A stretch of 64,000 nt of DNA from an uncultured bacterium (GCA_965112635.1 OZ218778.1:1664001-1728000), one strand, 5' to 3'. Numbered from the stretch's first letter, positions 7,834-21,179 are shown. The notes: generated from the letters alone by a model not told the origin. Numbers and translations: made by a program.

Positions 7834-10800
7834 ATGGCCTACAACTATAATCGCATTGGTAAAGTCAATAGGAAGAGTTTCTCGAAAATATCTGAAATAA
7901 TGGAAAATCCAAATCTACTGGAAATCCAAAGAAAATCATATGAAGAATTCCTGCAAAGAGATGTCCCCCCTGAAAAAAGAAAAAACCAAGGCTTAGAGGC
8001 CGCTTTCCAAAGCATTTTTCCTTTAAGCGATTTTCATAATTATGCTTCCCTTGAGTATTCTCATTACACCTTAGGTGAACCAAAATACAGCGTTGAAGAA
8101 TGCCAACAGAGAGATATGACTTATGCTGTCCCTTTAAAGGTCACCTTAAGGCTTATTTTGAAGGAAAGAGATAGTGAAAAGAATATCGTAATCCAAAAAA
8201 AGATTAAGGATATTAAAGAGCAGGAGATTTTTGTCTGCGAACTTCCTTTGATGACTTCAAACGGGACTTTTATTATCAATGGGGCCGAGCGCGTCATTGT
8301 AAGCCAATTGCACCGCTCTCCGGGTGTTTCTTTCGGTGATGATGAAGGCAAGACCCATGCCAGTGGAAAAAAACTTTTTTCTGGAAAGGTCATTCCATAT
8401 CGTGGTTCGTGGCTCGAGTTTGAATTTGATGTTAACGACGTGCTTTACGTGAGAATTGATAAGCGTAAAAGACTATTGGCCACCATTTTTCTGAGAGCTT
8501 TGGGGCTTAGTACTACGGATGATATTTTAAAGGAATTTTTTGGAAAAGAAGAAGTGGCACTCAAGGAGCCGAAATCTTTAGTTGGAAAAATTTGTGCTGA
8601 GGAAATCATTGATTCTAGAACCGGTGAGGTACTTTTAGAAGCCGGTCAGAAAATCACTAAGGAAGATTTTCAAAAATTCGAATCGTTGAAGATTAAGAAG
8701 ATATCTCTTTTAAACATTGGTGAACAGTCTGAAGGCCATCCTATCTTGAAAACTTTGGAAAAGGATAACCTCAAGAATCACGAGGAAGCCTTACTGGAGA
8801 TTTACAAGAAAATTAGACCAGGAGATCCCATTACGATTGAAGGGGCCAAAAGTCTCCTTGAAAACATGTTTTTTAATATCAAAAAATATGATTTCGCAAA
8901 AGTAGGAAGATATAAGATCAACCAGAAGCTTCATGACGGTGGCACAGAGGGTAAGGGTACCCTTCGCAAAGAAGATGTTGTTGAGACGATTAAATATTTG
9001 ATCAAGCTTCAAAGTGGCGAGGGGATTAAAGACGACATCGATCACCTGGGAAATCGCAGGCTGCGTTCGGCAGGTGAACTTGTGGAAAATCAGTTCCGTA
9101 TAGGACTGGCCAGGATGGAAAAAGTCGTCAAAGAACGCATGAATATCCTTGAACTTGATAATATGATGCCCAGCAATATCGTGAATCCTAAAGCCATTGC
9201 AACATCTGTTAAGGAGTTTTTTGGAAGCAGCCAGCTTTCCCAGTTCATGGACCAGACCAACCCATTAGCCGAGCTCACCCATAAACGGCGCTTAAGCGCT
9301 CTTGGGCCAGGTGGGCTAAATCGGGAGCGGGCTGGCTTTGAGGTCCGCGACGTCCATCATACCCATTATGGTCGCATGTGTCCCATTGAGACTCCTGAAG
9401 GACCGAATATCGGTTTAATTGCCTCACTGAGTACTTTTGCCAGGGTTAATGAGTTCGGCTTTATTGAAGCTCCGTATCGGAAGGTTGCCAAAGGAAGGGT
9501 CACGGAAGAAGTTGAATATCTTTCCGCTGATAGAGAGGATGAATTTTATATTGCCCAAGCTAATGCAGCTATCGACAAAAAGGGCAATTTTCTTGATGAA
9601 TTAGTAGCCTGCCGTTTTAAAGGTGAATTCCCCTATGTTGCCCCTGATTCTATTCATTATATGGACGTGGTTCCCAAACAGGTTGTCAGCGTTGCTACAG
9701 CTTTAATTCCTTTTCTAGAACATGATGACGCTAACAGGGCACTAATGGGTTCTAATATGCAAAGACAAGCGGTGCCTTTATTAAATACTGAAGCTCCCTT
9801 AATCGCAACCGGTATGGAGTATAAGGTCGCTTGTGATTCCGGGGTTGTAGTGATCGCGAAGAGAAGTGGTGTGGTAGAAAGCGTTGAGGCGAATAAAATT
9901 ATCATTCTTGCGGATGAGGCAAAGGATGGCAAAGGCGATAAGGCCACCCCGGATGTTTACGACTTAGTCAAATTCAGGCGTTCTAACCAGGATACCTGTA
10001 TTAATCAAAGGCCTATTGTGAAAAGAGGGGATCATGTAGTGAAAGGCCAAATCATTGCCGATGGGCCGGCCACGGACCAAGGAGAGCTAGCCTTGGGCAG
10101 GAATTTGTTGGTCGCTTTCATGCCCTGGGGGGGGTACAACTACGAGGATGCTATTCTGGTCAGCGAAAGATTATTGGAAGAGGATCTTTTTACTTCTGTC
10201 CATATTGAGGAATTTGAAGTCGAGGCTAGGGACACCAAGTTGGGAAAAGAAGAAGTCACGAGGGATATTCCACATGTTGGAGAAGAGGCTCTGAAGGATT
10301 TGGACGAGAACGGAATCGTCCGCATAGGTGCTGAGGTAGGGCCGGGAGATATTTTGGTAGGAAAAGTCACCCCTAAGGGAGAAACTGTTTTGACACCTGA
10401 AGAGAAATTGTTGCATGCCATTTTCGGGGAAAAAGCAGCGGATGTCAGGGATACCTCTTTGCGTGTTCCTCCCGGTGTTGAAGGTAAAGTTGTCGATGTT
10501 AAAGAATTCTCGCGTAGAGAGTTTGATAAGGGTGGGCATCTAAAAGCTAAAGACAGAGAGACTATTAAGTCCATTGAGAAGGAATATACCAAACAGGTCG
10601 AGGCACTTCGTGCCAGCCTTAACAGCGCTATTCGCGAATTAAAAAAAGAAGCCAAGAAGAAAAGTGGGGGGATGTCTGAGGGGGATCTTGAAGAATCAAT
10701 CAAGCACTATAAGCTTTTAGCTGACGTGAAGATCGCCGAGGCCGATCAAGCAAAAGATGCTGAGATCGAAAAGATTAAAAAAGGCGATGAATTGCCTGCC

Positions 10801-11613
10801 GGTGTGGTGAAATTTGTCAAAGTTTATGTCGCAAAAAAACGTAAGCTTTCCGTGGGCGATAAGATGGCTGGTCGTCACGGCAATAAGGGTGTGGTGTCGA
10901 AGGTCGTACCCAAGGAAGATATGCCGTATCTTCCCGATGGGACCCCTGTTGATATCGTTTTAAATCCTTTGGGAGTACCTTCCCGTATGAACGTTGGTCA
11001 GATTTTGGAAACTCATTTGGGATGGGCTGCCTATTTACTTGGTGAGCCTATGGAAACACCCGTTTTCGATGGTGCCTCGGAGACCGAGATTAAAGCCGAG
11101 TTAAAAAAGGCCAGTCTTCCCGAAGACGGCAAGATCACGCTCTATGATGGTAAAACAGGAAATCCTTTTGATCAGAAAGTCAGCGTGGGTTATATCTATA
11201 TGCTGAAACTCTCACATCTTGTTGATGATAAGATCCATGCCCGGTCGATAGGGCCATATTCTCTAGTTACCCAACAGCCTTTAGGGGGTAAAGCTCAATT
11301 TGGTGGCCAACGCTTTGGAGAAATGGAAGTCTGGGCTCTTGAGGCCTACGGGGCTGCACATACCTTGCAAGAGATCTTGACTGTAAAAAGCGATGATGTG
11401 CAGGGTCGGACTAGAATATATGAGGCTATTGTAAAGGGCAAAAACGCGCCAGAACCAGGCATTCCCGAGTCATTTAATGTCCTTGTTAAAGAATTGCAAG
11501 GTCTTGGTTTGGATGTTGAGTTACTCAAGAATGGGGCGATGATAGCAGCAACGGGTGTACCTAAACGAAAAGGTAGTGGCAAGAAAGATTTAGCCGCCAG
11601 GAGGAAGATGTAA
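7834..11613 (+). CDS. rpoB: RNA polymerase beta subunit
   Basis: [33 protein letters not shown]; ATG 7834 follows an AAGGAG SD. Confidence 0.99.
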   Translation: MAYNYNRIGKVNRKSFSKISEIMENPNLLEIQRKSYEEFLQRDVPPEKRKNQGLEAAFQSIFPLSDFHNYASLEYSHYTLGEPKYSVEECQQRDMTYAVPLKVTLRLILKERDSEKNIVIQKKIKDIKEQEIFVCELPLMTSNGTFIINGAERVIVSQLHRSPGVSFGDDEGKTHASGKKLFSGKVIPYRGSWLEFEFDVNDVLYVRIDKRKRLLATIFLRALGLSTTDDILKEFFGKEEVALKEPKSLVGKICAEEIIDSRTGEVLLEAGQKITKEDFQKFESLKIKKISLLNIGEQSEGHPILKTLEKDNLKNHEEALLEIYKKIRPGDPITIEGAKSLLENMFFNIKKYDFAKVGRYKINQKLHDGGTEGKGTLRKEDVVETIKYLIKLQSGEGIKDDIDHLGNRRLRSAGELVENQFRIGLARMEKVVKERMNILELDNMMPSNIVNPKAIATSVKEFFGSSQLSQFMDQTNPLAELTHKRRLSALGPGGLNRERAGFEVRDVHHTHYGRMCPIETPEGPNIGLIASLSTFARVNEFGFIEAPYRKVAKGRVTEEVEYLSADREDEFYIAQANAAIDKKGNFLDELVACRFKGEFPYVAPDSIHYMDVVPKQVVSVATALIPFLEHDDANRALMGSNMQRQAVPLLNTEAPLIATGMEYKVACDSGVVVIAKRSGVVESVEANKIIILADEAKDGKGDKATPDVYDLVKFRRSNQDTCINQRPIVKRGDHVVKGQIIADGPATDQGELALGRNLLVAFMPWGGYNYEDAILVSERLLEEDLFTSVHIEEFEVEARDTKLGKEEVTRDIPHVGEEALKDLDENGIVRIGAEVGPGDILVGKVTPKGETVLTPEEKLLHAIFGEKAADVRDTSLRVPPGVEGKVVDVKEFSRREFDKGGHLKAKDRETIKSIEKEYTKQVEALRASLNSAIRELKKEAKKKSGGMSEGDLEESIKHYKLLADVKIAEADQAKDAEIEKIKKGDELPAGVVKFVKVYVAKKRKLSVGDKMAGRHGNKGVVSKVVPKEDMPYLPDGTPVDIVLNPLGVPSRMNVGQILETHLGWAAYLLGEPMETPVFDGASETEIKAELKKASLPEDGKITLYDGKTGNPFDQKVSVGYIYMLKLSHLVDDKIHARSIGPYSLVTQQPLGGKAQFGGQRFGEMEVWALEAYGAAHTLQEILTVKSDDVQGRTRIYEAIVKGKNAPEPGIPESFNVLVKELQGLGLDVELLKNGAMIAATGVPKRKGSGKKDLAARRKM

Positions 11614-14600
11614 TGATAAAAGAAGTGATTTCCTTAAAAGAATTTGCAATGAAGTTGGACCCTTTTGAACAAAAAGAGGTCCAGGATTTTGATGCCATGA
11701 AGATAGGTTTAGCTTCTTCTGAAAAAATTCTGGCATGGTCCCATGGGGAAGTGAAAAAGCCTGAAACCATTAATTACCGCACCTTTAAGCCCGAGAGGGA
11801 CGGTCTTTTCTGTGAAAGAATTTTTGGGCCCACAAAGGATTGGGAGTGCAATTGCGGCAAATATAAGAGAATCAAACATAAGGATGTTGTTTGTGACCGG
11901 TGCGGGGTTGAAGTTACCTTAGCCAAGGTTAGGCGTGAAAGAATGGGACATATTGAGCTTGCTGCTCCCGTTTCCCATATATGGTATTTCAAGAGTTTGC
12001 CAAGCCGGATTGGGTATTTATTAGATATTTCACAAAAAAGCCTGGAGAAGGTCCTTTATTACGAAGAATATATCGTCGTTGACCCTGGTGATACCCCTCT
12101 TAGAAAGGGCGATCTATTTAAAGAGGAAGAATATAGAAAATACTGTGAGCAGTATAAAGATTCCAAGGGAAAAGTGAAATTTAAAGCCAAAATGGGCGCG
12201 GAGGCAATTCGCGACCTTTTGAAAGAAATAGATATTAGTAAACTTTCTGACGATCTCCGTAAGGAAATGCTTCAAACCAATTCAATCCAGAAGAAGAAAG
12301 ACCTCGTTAAACGTTTGAAAGTTGTAGAGTCGTTTCGAAAGTCCAAGAATCATGCGGATTGGATGATCTTGGATGTAGTACCTGTCATTCCTCCTGAATT
12401 AAGACCTCTTGTTCCTTTAGAGGGCGGTCGTTTTGCCACTTCCGATTTAAATGATCTTTACCGTCGGGTTATTAATAGGAACAACAGATTAAAAAGGCTT
12501 TTGGAATTAAAGGCGCCTGATGTCATCATTAGGAATGAAAAAAGGATGCTTCAGGAGTCCGTGGATACCCTTTTTGATAATGGTCGCCGGGGGAAACCTG
12601 TAAAAGGCGCTGGAAACCGGCCTCTTAAATCCCTAAGCGATATGCTAAAGGGAAAAGAAGGAAGGTTCCGTCAAAATCTTTTAGGAAAACGCGTGGATTA
12701 CTCGGGACGGTCCGTTATTGTTGTTGGACCAGAGCTTAAACTTCATCAATGTGGTATCCCTAAACTCATGGCTTTGGAGCTTTTTAAGCCTTTTATTATC
12801 AAGAAGTTAGAAGAGAGAGGGTATGTCCATACCATAAAAAGCGCCAAGAAAATGATGGAGAAAGTCAGACCTGAAGTCTGGGATATCCTGGAAGAAGTGA
12901 CTAAAGAACATCCTGTGCTATTAAACCGGGCCCCTACGTTGCATCGCCAAGGCATTCAAGCTTTTGAATTAGTATTAATAGAAGGCAAAGCCATTCGCAT
13001 CCATCCTTTAGTTTGTGCTGCTTACAACGCAGATTTTGACGGAGACCAGATGGCTGTCCATGTTCCTCTCTCGGCAGAATCGCAAATCGAGGCCAGGGTG
13101 CTCATGTTCTCGACGAATAATATTATGTCTTTAGCAAATGGCAATCCGATTGTGACTCCTTCTCAAGATATTGTGTTGGGTTGCTACTATTTAACTAAGG
13201 CAAAGATTGGCGGTCTTGGAGAGAATAAGATTTTCTCCAACTGCGACGAAGTAGAGCTAGCTTATGAAACCCAGAGCGTCGGATTGCATTCAATTATCAA
13301 AGTCCGGATAAATGGGAAGCTGGAATCAACGACCGTTGGCAGGGTTTTATTCAATCAGGCTCTTCCAGAAGGTTTGCCTTATGTTAACAAGGTTCTGGAT
13401 AAGAAAGAATTGTCCAAGTTAGTAGAATATAGTTTCCATGAGCTGGGAAGCCAGCGCACCGCCGTTCTTCTGGATGCCTTGAAAGAAATAGGTTTTACTT
13501 ATGCAACAAAGGCCGGTATCACGGTCTCCGTCGATGATATGAAGATTCCTTCAGGAAAAGGCAAGATTATTACGAGGGCAAAGGAAGAGGTCAGCAAGAT
13601 TGAGCGACAGTATAAGGACGGGGTCATCACCAATGGTGAGCGTTATAACAAGGTTATCGATGTGTGGACCCAGGCCACAGAAAGTATTGCAGAAGAAATG
13701 TTCACGGGATTAAGCGATGACCTGCAGGGTTTTAACCCTATCTTTATGATGGCAGATTCTGGAGCTCGTGGCAGCAAACTACAGATTAGACAATTGGCGG
13801 GTATGAGAGGTTTGATGGCCAAACCTCAACAGAAAATCACAGGTGAAATAGGTGAAATTATCGAGTCTCCTATTATTGCCAATTTCCGAGAAGGTCTTAC
13901 TGTTCTTGAATATTTTATTTCGACTCATGGAGCTCGAAAAGGTTTGGCTGATACTGCTTTAAAGACCGCTGAGGCCGGTTATTTAACGCGCCGACTGGTT
14001 GACGTGGCACAAGATGCCATTATTACAGAGGATGATTGCGGAACCATTAAAGGAATAACTGTTAGCGCAGTGAAAGAGGGTAGCGAAACCATTCAGCCCT
14101 TGAGAGAACGGATCGTCGGCAGAATTGCAATGGATAATATAGTTAAGGTAGAAAGTGATGAGGTTATTGTAAAAACAAACCAGGAAATTACCGAAGAGAT
14201 AGCTGATCGGATTGAAAAGGAAGATTTTTCTAAGATCAGGATCAGATCCGTGTTGACGTGTGAATCAAAGAGAGGGGTTTGCGCAAAATGTTATGGAAGG
14301 AATTTGGGGACTGGGAAGATAGTGGAGTTAGGCGAGGCTGTGGGGGTCATCGCTGCGCAATCAATTGGTGAGCCCGGTACCCAGTTAACACTGCGAACTT
14401 TTCACATAGGTGGTACAGCCAGCCGTGTTTTGGAACAATCAAAGATCGAGGCGAAGAATTCCGGGATAATTCGTTATCAAAACCTGAAAGTTTTGAAGAA
14501 TCGTTCAGGAAACATCCTTGTTCTAAACCGTAACGGGGAAGTGGGCGTTTATGATGAAACAGGGAGAGAACGCGAAACTTACAAGATGCCCTATGGTGGA

Positions 14601-15737
14601 GAATTGAAGAAAAAAGACGGCGAACAAGTAACCAAAGGTGAAGTTATTGCTACCTGGGACCTCTATAACGTGCCAATCTTTTCTGAAGCCAGTGGACGCG
14701 TTGCTTTCAAAGATATCATTGAGGGGGTCACGATGCGTGAGGAAGTCGACCCAAGTACCGGTTTAATTGGACGCGTTATTATTGAGCATAGGGAAGAAGA
14801 TATGCATCCACAAGTCAGGGTCACCAAAGAAGATGGTGATGAAATAGGCATATATGCTATTCCTACTGGTGCTCACCTGGTCGTGAGCGGAGGTGATGCT
14901 GTTAATGTTGGGGATGTTCTGGCGAAGATTCCAAGAGAGCTGAGCAAGACGAGGGATATCACGGGCGGTCTTCCAAGGGTGGCAGAATTATTGGAAGCTA
15001 GAAAGCCAAAAAATGACGCAATTATTTCTGAAATAGACGGCGAAGTGCATTTTGGTCCTCCTGCACGAGGAATGCGCAAAATTATTGTCCGGCACGATAG
15101 TGGCGTGGAAAAAGAATATCTAGTTCCTTATGGCAAACATTTGAATGCAAGAGAGGGCGATTCGATCTTGGCAGGGGAGCCATTAACAGATGGATCCATT
15201 AACCCTCATGATATTTTAAAAGTTAAAGGTGAGAATGAGGTTCAAGAATACTTGGTCAATAAGATACAGGAAGTTTATAGACTTCAGGGTGTCACCATCA
15301 ACGATAAGCATATAGAAGTCATTGTTAGGCAGATGCTTAAAAAGGTAAGAATAGATAATCCTGGTGATACTGAGTATTTAGTCGGACAGCAGGTTGACAA
15401 AGTTGAATTTAAGGAGGAAAACGAGAAAGCTATCAAGCAGAACAAACAACCTGCTACCGCCCACTCTATCTTACTTGGTATAACTAAGGCATCCTTAGGA
15501 ACCGAAAGCTTCATTTCCGCTGCTTCTTTCCAAGAAACGACTCGGGTATTAACTGAGGCCGGGGTAAGCGGAAAAGTTGATGAATTAAGAGGACTTAAAG
15601 AGAACGTCATCATGGGTCACTTGATTCCTGCCGGGACAGGAATGCGGATTTACAGGGATATTGTGCTGGACAAAGAACTCATTGCTCCTGAGCAGCCTGT
15701 GTTACCAACAATTAACTTAAAGCAGAATCTTATTTAA
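11613..15737 (+). CDS. rpoC: RNA polymerase beta' subunit
   Basis: NADFDGD catalytic motif, Zn fingers, SI3 insertion; the start could alternatively be ATG 11649. Confidence 0.99.
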   Translation: MIKEVISLKEFAMKLDPFEQKEVQDFDAMKIGLASSEKILAWSHGEVKKPETINYRTFKPERDGLFCERIFGPTKDWECNCGKYKRIKHKDVVCDRCGVEVTLAKVRRERMGHIELAAPVSHIWYFKSLPSRIGYLLDISQKSLEKVLYYEEYIVVDPGDTPLRKGDLFKEEEYRKYCEQYKDSKGKVKFKAKMGAEAIRDLLKEIDISKLSDDLRKEMLQTNSIQKKKDLVKRLKVVESFRKSKNHADWMILDVVPVIPPELRPLVPLEGGRFATSDLNDLYRRVINRNNRLKRLLELKAPDVIIRNEKRMLQESVDTLFDNGRRGKPVKGAGNRPLKSLSDMLKGKEGRFRQNLLGKRVDYSGRSVIVVGPELKLHQCGIPKLMALELFKPFIIKKLEERGYVHTIKSAKKMMEKVRPEVWDILEEVTKEHPVLLNRAPTLHRQGIQAFELVLIEGKAIRIHPLVCAAYNADFDGDQMAVHVPLSAESQIEARVLMFSTNNIMSLANGNPIVTPSQDIVLGCYYLTKAKIGGLGENKIFSNCDEVELAYETQSVGLHSIIKVRINGKLESTTVGRVLFNQALPEGLPYVNKVLDKKELSKLVEYSFHELGSQRTAVLLDALKEIGFTYATKAGITVSVDDMKIPSGKGKIITRAKEEVSKIERQYKDGVITNGERYNKVIDVWTQATESIAEEMFTGLSDDLQGFNPIFMMADSGARGSKLQIRQLAGMRGLMAKPQQKITGEIGEIIESPIIANFREGLTVLEYFISTHGARKGLADTALKTAEAGYLTRRLVDVAQDAIITEDDCGTIKGITVSAVKEGSETIQPLRERIVGRIAMDNIVKVESDEVIVKTNQEITEEIADRIEKEDFSKIRIRSVLTCESKRGVCAKCYGRNLGTGKIVELGEAVGVIAAQSIGEPGTQLTLRTFHIGGTASRVLEQSKIEAKNSGIIRYQNLKVLKNRSGNILVLNRNGEVGVYDETGRERETYKMPYGGELKKKDGEQVTKGEVIATWDLYNVPIFSEASGRVAFKDIIEGVTMREEVDPSTGLIGRVIIEHREEDMHPQVRVTKEDGDEIGIYAIPTGAHLVVSGGDAVNVGDVLAKIPRELSKTRDITGGLPRVAELLEARKPKNDAIISEIDGEVHFGPPARGMRKIIVRHDSGVEKEYLVPYGKHLNAREGDSILAGEPLTDGSINPHDILKVKGENEVQEYLVNKIQEVYRLQGVTINDKHIEVIVRQMLKKVRIDNPGDTEYLVGQQVDKVEFKEENEKAIKQNKQPATAHSILLGITKASLGTESFISAASFQETTRVLTEAGVSGKVDELRGLKENVIMGHLIPAGTGMRIYRDIVLDKELIAPEQPVLPTINLKQNLI

Positions 15738-15772
15738 TGATAGTTCGTTTGGCGTTTTTGTCTTGAAATATC

Positions 15773-15801
15773 TTGACATATTTTAGATTAGTTGATAAAA
15801 A
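15773..15801 (+). promoter_or_regulatory. str operon promoter
   Basis: TTGACA-17nt-TAAAAA with extended TG. Confidence 0.6.
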
Positions 15802-15903
15802 GGTGCTTCAACCTTGGGATGGCTTTTGAAGAGATTAATGGGGAGGCGAGAAGCGCCAAAAAAGGTTAGCTTTGCCGGAATATAAAAAGAAGATTTTTTA
15901 TAC

Positions 15904-15934
15904 AAAAGGCGGGCTTCCCCGCCTTTTTTATTTT
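15904..15934 (+). terminator. Intrinsic terminator just upstream of the rpsL SD
   Basis: AAAAGGCGGG-CTTC-CCCGCCTTTT followed by TTATTTT. Confidence 0.8.
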
Positions 15935-15950
15935 GTCAGGAGGAAAGTTA

Positions 15951-16352
15951 ATGCCAACAATTGAGCAGCTGGTCAGAAAAGGGCGCGACATTTTACAACA
16001 TAAAACCACTGCGCCAGCTTTACAGAATAATCCCCAAAAAAGGGGGGTTTGCGTAAGCGTAAAAGTTGTTACGCCTAAAAAACCTAATTCAGCGCTAAGA
16101 AAAATTGCCCGGGTGCGTTTGACTAATAGAATGGAAGTGACGGCCTACATTCCTGGAGTAGGTCATAATCTGCAAGAACATTCTATTGTTTTAGTGCGCG
16201 GTGGACGCGTGAAAGACTTGCCTGGTGTTCGTTATCATATTGTTCGGGGTACTTTAGATACTGCTGGCGTGACAAACCGGAAGCAGGGGCGGTCTAAATA
16301 TGGAATGAAGAGACCCAAAGAAGTGAAAGAAGGGGAGAAGAAGAGTGCCTAG
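15951..16352 (+). CDS. rpsL: 30S ribosomal protein S12
   Basis: [30 protein letters not shown]; AGGAGG SD. Confidence 0.99.
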   Translation: MPTIEQLVRKGRDILQHKTTAPALQNNPQKRGVCVSVKVVTPKKPNSALRKIARVRLTNRMEVTAYIPGVGHNLQEHSIVLVRGGRVKDLPGVRYHIVRGTLDTAGVTNRKQGRSKYGMKRPKEVKEGEKKSA

Positions 16353-16815
16353 ACGAAGGGTTGTCAGCAAGAGGGAAATTCTTCCTGACGAACAATTTAA
16401 TTCTACCGTTGTGGCTAAGTTTATAAATGTCATGATGCGCAAAGGTAAAAAAAGCACTGCTCAGAAGATTTTCTATGATTCGCTTGCTTTTATCAAAGAG
16501 AAAAGCGGCGAGAATCCCTTGAATGTTTTTAAGCAGGCCCTAGACAATGTTAAGCCTTTACTTGAAGTGAAGTCCCGGAGAGTTGGGGGCGCAACCTATC
16601 AAGTACCCGTTGAGGTGAGGCCTGAACGCCGGATTTCTCTGGCCATGAGGTGGATCACTGAATTTTCCAAACAGCGGAAGGAAAAAACCATGGCCGTTAA
16701 GTTAGCCTCTGAACTCATGGAAGCCTATAAGAACCAAGGCGGGGCTTTTAAGAAGAAAGAAGATACCCATAAGATGGCAGAAGCCAATAAGGCTTTTGCG
16801 CATTATAAATGGTAG
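16345..16815 (+). CDS. rpsG: 30S ribosomal protein S7
   Basis: [24 protein letters not shown]. Confidence 0.99.
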   Translation: MPRRRVVSKREILPDEQFNSTVVAKFINVMMRKGKKSTAQKIFYDSLAFIKEKSGENPLNVFKQALDNVKPLLEVKSRRVGGATYQVPVEVRPERRISLAMRWITEFSKQRKEKTMAVKLASELMEAYKNQGGAFKKKEDTHKMAEANKAFAHYKW

Positions 16816-16824
16816 CGAGGAAAT

Positions 16825-18939
16825 ATGATAAAGGAAAAAGAACAGGAGTCAGCACCGGTTGTTAGGGCTTATCCCTTAGAAAGAACAAGAAATATAGGGA
16901 TTATGGCTCACATTGATGCCGGAAAAACAACGGCTACCGAACGGGTCCTTTATTATACGGGGGTTGTATATAAGATAGGCAATGTAGATGAAGGAACGGC
17001 GACCATGGATTGGATGCCACAGGAACAAGAGAGAGGTATTACTATTACTTCCGCAGCAACTTCCTGTGTTTGGAATAATAACCTCATTAATATCATTGAT
17101 ACCCCCGGGCACGTTGACTTTACCGTGGAGGTTGAACGTTCGCTCAGGGTTTTAGATGGAGCTGTGGCCATTTTTACCGCGGTTGAAGGTGTTGAACCTC
17201 AATCTGAAACAGTTTGGCGACAAGCAGATAAATATGGGGTTCCCAGGATTGCTTTTATTAATAAAATGGACCGGGTTGGGGCGGATTTTTATTGGGCCGT
17301 TCAAACTATTCGTGATCGTCTTGGGGCGAGGGCCGTGCCCATTCAACTTCCTATTGGGAAAGAGGATCAATTTGTAGGTATTGTGGATTTAATTAATATG
17401 AAGGCGACGATTTGGCTTGAAGAGACTTTAGGTGCTAAATATGAGGACCGTGAAATTCCTAGCAATTTACTGGAAGATGCACGAAAGTTCCGTAAAGATC
17501 TAATAGCTAATATAGCGGAATTTGACGATATTCTTATGGAAAAATTTGTTGAAGAGAAAGAAGCAACTATTGAAGATATTAAAAGAGCAATGCGTAAAGG
17601 GACTATCACTAATCAAGTCATACCTGTATGCTGTGGAACAGCTTATAAAAATAAGGCAATTCAACCACTTCTAGATGCGGTAGTTGATTTTTTACCTTCG
17701 CCGTTAGATAGGCCTGAAACAGTCGGAGTCAATCCCCAAACAGATGAAAAAGAAGTTAGAAACGCTAACTCTACTGACCCATTTTGTGGCATAGCTTTCA
17801 AAATTATGTCAGATCCCTATGCGGGGAAACTCACTTTTTTTAGAGTTTATTCTGGAGTTTTAGAAGCTGGTTCATATGTTTATAACGCTAGTAAAGATGT
17901 CAGGGAAAGAGTGGGGCGTTTATTAAGAATGCATGCCAATCATCGCGAAGATATTAAATCTGTTTCAGCTGGAGATATTGCTGCAATAGTTGGTTTACGA
18001 TCTGCTACAACGGGAGACACCATTTGTGATGAAAAAAACCCTATTGTTCTCGAATCCATGAAATTTCCTGAACCAGTTATTTTTGTGGCCATTGAACCAA
18101 AGACAAAAGCAGACCAAGAAAAAATGGGAATTGCCTTGAATAGATTATCTGAAGAGGACCCTACGTTCAAGGTCAGTTCAAATATAGAGACGGGACAAAC
18201 GATTATTGCCGGAATGGGTGAATTGCATCTGGAAATTATTGTTGACAGGATGTTCAGGGAATTTAAAGTTGAAGCTAATGTAGGCAAGCCCCAAGTAGCT
18301 TATCGCGAAACGATTCGTCGTAAGGTTGAAATCGAGGGAAAATATATCAGGCAGTCTGGGGGTCGTGGCCAGTATGGGCACGTTTGGCTTAATTTGGAGC
18401 CTGTAGACCCAGGAAAAGGTTATGAGTTCGTCAACAAAATCGTTGGAGGTGCTATTCCAAAGGAATATATTCCAGCTGTTGATAAAGGTATCAAGGAAGC
18501 CATGGAGAATGGCGTGCTAGCTGGTTATCCTGTTGTTGATTTAAAAATTACTTTGTTTGATGGTTCCTTCCATGAAGTTGATTCTTCAGAAATGGCCTTT
18601 AAGGTAGCTGCCTCAATAGCCTTCAAGGAAGGTATGCAAAAAGCGTCTCCTGTACTTCTTGAACCCATTATGGAAGTTGAAGCGGTGGCTCCGGAAGAAT
18701 TTATGGGAGATATAATTGGAAATTTGAATTCAAGGCGGGGAAAAATCGAAGGGGTTGAGAATAGGAATAATGCCAGAGTTATAAAATCTTACGTACCTTT
18801 AGCGAGCATGTTCGGGTATTCAACTGATCTGAGGTCCATGACTCAAGGCAGAGGAACTTATACTATGCAATTCTCGAAGTACGAGGAAGTGCCACGTAAC
18901 ATCATGGAAGAGATCGTGGCGAAGGTTAAAGGCAAATAA
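16825..18939 (+). CDS. fusA: Elongation factor G
   Basis: [28 protein letters not shown]. Confidence 0.99.
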   Translation: MIKEKEQESAPVVRAYPLERTRNIGIMAHIDAGKTTATERVLYYTGVVYKIGNVDEGTATMDWMPQEQERGITITSAATSCVWNNNLINIIDTPGHVDFTVEVERSLRVLDGAVAIFTAVEGVEPQSETVWRQADKYGVPRIAFINKMDRVGADFYWAVQTIRDRLGARAVPIQLPIGKEDQFVGIVDLINMKATIWLEETLGAKYEDREIPSNLLEDARKFRKDLIANIAEFDDILMEKFVEEKEATIEDIKRAMRKGTITNQVIPVCCGTAYKNKAIQPLLDAVVDFLPSPLDRPETVGVNPQTDEKEVRNANSTDPFCGIAFKIMSDPYAGKLTFFRVYSGVLEAGSYVYNASKDVRERVGRLLRMHANHREDIKSVSAGDIAAIVGLRSATTGDTICDEKNPIVLESMKFPEPVIFVAIEPKTKADQEKMGIALNRLSEEDPTFKVSSNIETGQTIIAGMGELHLEIIVDRMFREFKVEANVGKPQVAYRETIRRKVEIEGKYIRQSGGRGQYGHVWLNLEPVDPGKGYEFVNKIVGGAIPKEYIPAVDKGIKEAMENGVLAGYPVVDLKITLFDGSFHEVDSSEMAFKVAASIAFKEGMQKASPVLLEPIMEVEAVAPEEFMGDIIGNLNSRRGKIEGVENRNNARVIKSYVPLASMFGYSTDLRSMTQGRGTYTMQFSKYEEVPRNIMEEIVAKVKGK

Positions 18940-18963
18940 TTCCAAAGTAAGGGGGAAAACAAG

Positions 18964-20163
18964 ATGTCCAAGGCAAAATTTGAGAGGACGAAGCCGCATG
19001 TAAATATAGGGACGATAGGGCACATCGACCACGGGAAGACGACATTGACGTCAGCGATCACGAAGGTATTGGCGACGGTAGGGAAAGCGACGGCGAAGAG
19101 GTTCGATGAGATAGACAACGCGCCGGAGGAGAAAGAGCGCGGGATCACGATAGCGATAGCGCACGTAGAGTACGAGTCGGACAAGAGGCACTATGCGCAC
19201 GTAGACTGTCCCGGGCATGCGGATTACGTGAAGAACATGATCACGGGGGCGGCGCAGATGGACGGAGCGATCCTGGTGGTATCGGCAGCGGACGGACCGA
19301 TGCCGCAGACGCGGGAGCATATCTTGCTGGCGAGGCAGGTTGGGGTTCCGTATATCGTGGTTTATTTGAACAAAGTGGACATGGTGGATGACGCGGAACT
19401 GATCGACCTGGTAGAGACGGAAGTGCGGGAATTGCTGACGAAATACGGATTTCCTGGGGACAAGACGCCGATCGTGAGAGGGTCGGCTTTGAAAGCGATG
19501 GAGCACGCGTGCGGGAAAGCGGATTGTCCGCAGTGCGGGTCGATCTTCAAGCTGTTGGAAGCGGTAGACGCGTATATCCCGACGCCCAAGAGAGAGATAG
19601 ACAAGCCGTTCTTGATGTCGATCGAAGACGTATTTTCGATCACGGGTCGAGGGACGGTAGTGACGGGAAGGGTAGAGAAAGGGATCATCAAGATTGGGGA
19701 AGAGGTAGAGATCGTGGGGATCAAGGACACGGTGAAGACGGTGGTGACGGGGCTGGAGATGTTCCGGAAGCTTTTGGATGATGCGCAGGCAGGGGACAAT
19801 GTAGGGGCGTTATTGAGAGGGATAGAGAAGGACGGGGTAGAGAGGGGCCAGGTGTTAGCGAAGCCAGGGACGATCACTCCGCACAAGAAATTCAAAGGGG
19901 AAGTATACGTATTGACGAAAGAGGAAGGCGGAAGGCACACGCCGTTTTTCAATGGATACCGTCCGCAGTTTTATTTTAGGACGACGGACGTGACGGGAGT
20001 GGTGACATTGCCGAAGGGGGTCGAGATGGTGATGCCCGGGGACAATATCACGATGGATATAGAGCTGATCACGCCGATCGCGATGCAGAAGGAGCTAAGG
20101 TTCGCTATCCGAGAGGGTGGCCACACGGTCGGTTCCGGCGTTATCACTGAAGTCGTACAGTAA
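18964..20163 (+). CDS. tuf: Elongation factor Tu
   Basis: [28 protein letters not shown]. Confidence 0.99.
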   Translation: MSKAKFERTKPHVNIGTIGHIDHGKTTLTSAITKVLATVGKATAKRFDEIDNAPEEKERGITIAIAHVEYESDKRHYAHVDCPGHADYVKNMITGAAQMDGAILVVSAADGPMPQTREHILLARQVGVPYIVVYLNKVDMVDDAELIDLVETEVRELLTKYGFPGDKTPIVRGSALKAMEHACGKADCPQCGSIFKLLEAVDAYIPTPKREIDKPFLMSIEDVFSITGRGTVVTGRVEKGIIKIGEEVEIVGIKDTVKTVVTGLEMFRKLLDDAQAGDNVGALLRGIEKDGVERGQVLAKPGTITPHKKFKGEVYVLTKEEGGRHTPFFNGYRPQFYFRTTDVTGVVTLPKGVEMVMPGDNITMDIELITPIAMQKELRFAIREGGHTVGSGVITEVVQ

Positions 20164-20184
20164 AACGGGAGAGGAAGTTTTAGA

Positions 20185-20493
20185 ATGCTCAGTCAAAAGA
20201 TCAGAATAAAACTAAAAGGTTTTGATTATAAGCTCCTTGATCGCTCGGCGGGTGAGATCGCAGAGACTGTTCGGAAAACAGGGGCTAGGATATCAGGCCC
20301 TGTTCCATTACCGACGGAGAGAAGTGTTTTTACCGTTCTGCGTTCGCCACATGTTGATAAAAAGTCCAGGGAGCAATTTGAAATACGCACCCACAAAAGG
20401 CTCATTGATATTTTAGAGCCAAACCCCAAGACGGTAGACGCTCTGACAAAGTTAGACCTGCCGGCAGGGGTCGATGTTGAAATAAAACTTTAA
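20185..20493 (+). CDS. rpsJ: 30S ribosomal protein S10
   Basis: [21 protein letters not shown]. Confidence 0.99.
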   Translation: MLSQKIRIKLKGFDYKLLDRSAGEIAETVRKTGARISGPVPLPTERSVFTVLRSPHVDKKSREQFEIRTHKRLIDILEPNPKTVDALTKLDLPAGVDVEIKL

Positions 20494-20504
20494 GGAAGAA
20501 GCAA

Positions 20505-21176
20505 ATGTTAGGACTTTTGGCAAAAAAAATTGGGATGACCCACCTTTTTGATGACCAGGGCAACAGAGTGCCAGTAACAGTTTTATTGGCAGGTGGTTGT
20601 GTCGTCCAAAAGAAGTCTTTGGAAAAAGATGGATACGATGCTGTCCAGATCGGATTTGACGAAATTCCGATGAAGAAGGCAAACAAGTGTTTGAAAGGTC
20701 ATTTTGCGAAATCAAAGACCTCGGCTTTTCGGTTTCTCCGTGAATTCAGGGGTACGGATGTTAAGGAGATTCAAGAAGGCCAACAGGTTAAGGTTGATTT
20801 GTTTAAAAAAGGAGAGATGGTCGACGTCAAGGGTGTTTCCAAAGGTAAAGGTTTCCAAGGTGTTGTAAAACGTTGGCATTTCAGGGGTGGCGCTAATTCA
20901 CATGGTTCAATGTTTCACCGGGCTCCTGGTTCCATTGGTTCAAGTTCAGACCCCTCTAGGGTTTTTAAAGGCTTGAAAATGCCGGGGCATTTGGGTGCAA
21001 AGGTTATTTCGGTCCAGAATCTAAAAATCATTAAAATTGATCCGGAGAAGAACCTTTTAGCATTACAAGGAGCTGTGCCTGGGGCTAAACAGGGATATTT
21101 AATTGTGAATAGGGCAGTCAAGACAAAAGTAAAAGCTACTGTGAAGGAAAACATTACCAAGAAGGAAAAGGGTTAA
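20505..21176 (+). CDS. rplC: 50S ribosomal protein L3
   Basis: KGKGFQGVVKRW, HRAPGSIG. Confidence 0.99.
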   Translation: MLGLLAKKIGMTHLFDDQGNRVPVTVLLAGGCVVQKKSLEKDGYDAVQIGFDEIPMKKANKCLKGHFAKSKTSAFRFLREFRGTDVKEIQEGQQVKVDLFKKGEMVDVKGVSKGKGFQGVVKRWHFRGGANSHGSMFHRAPGSIGSSSDPSRVFKGLKMPGHLGAKVISVQNLKIIKIDPEKNLLALQGAVPGAKQGYLIVNRAVKTKVKATVKENITKKEKG

Positions 21177-21179
21177 GCT

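Noticed and set aside
9215-9315. Possible rifampicin-resistance substitutions in RpoB cluster I
   Set aside because: [22 protein letters not shown] matches the sensitive consensus at the key D, H and S positions
19051-19952. Long antisense ORFs inside tuf, and similar shadow ORFs across rpoBC and other genes
   Set aside because: Explained by codon bias of the sense gene; no recognisable motifs
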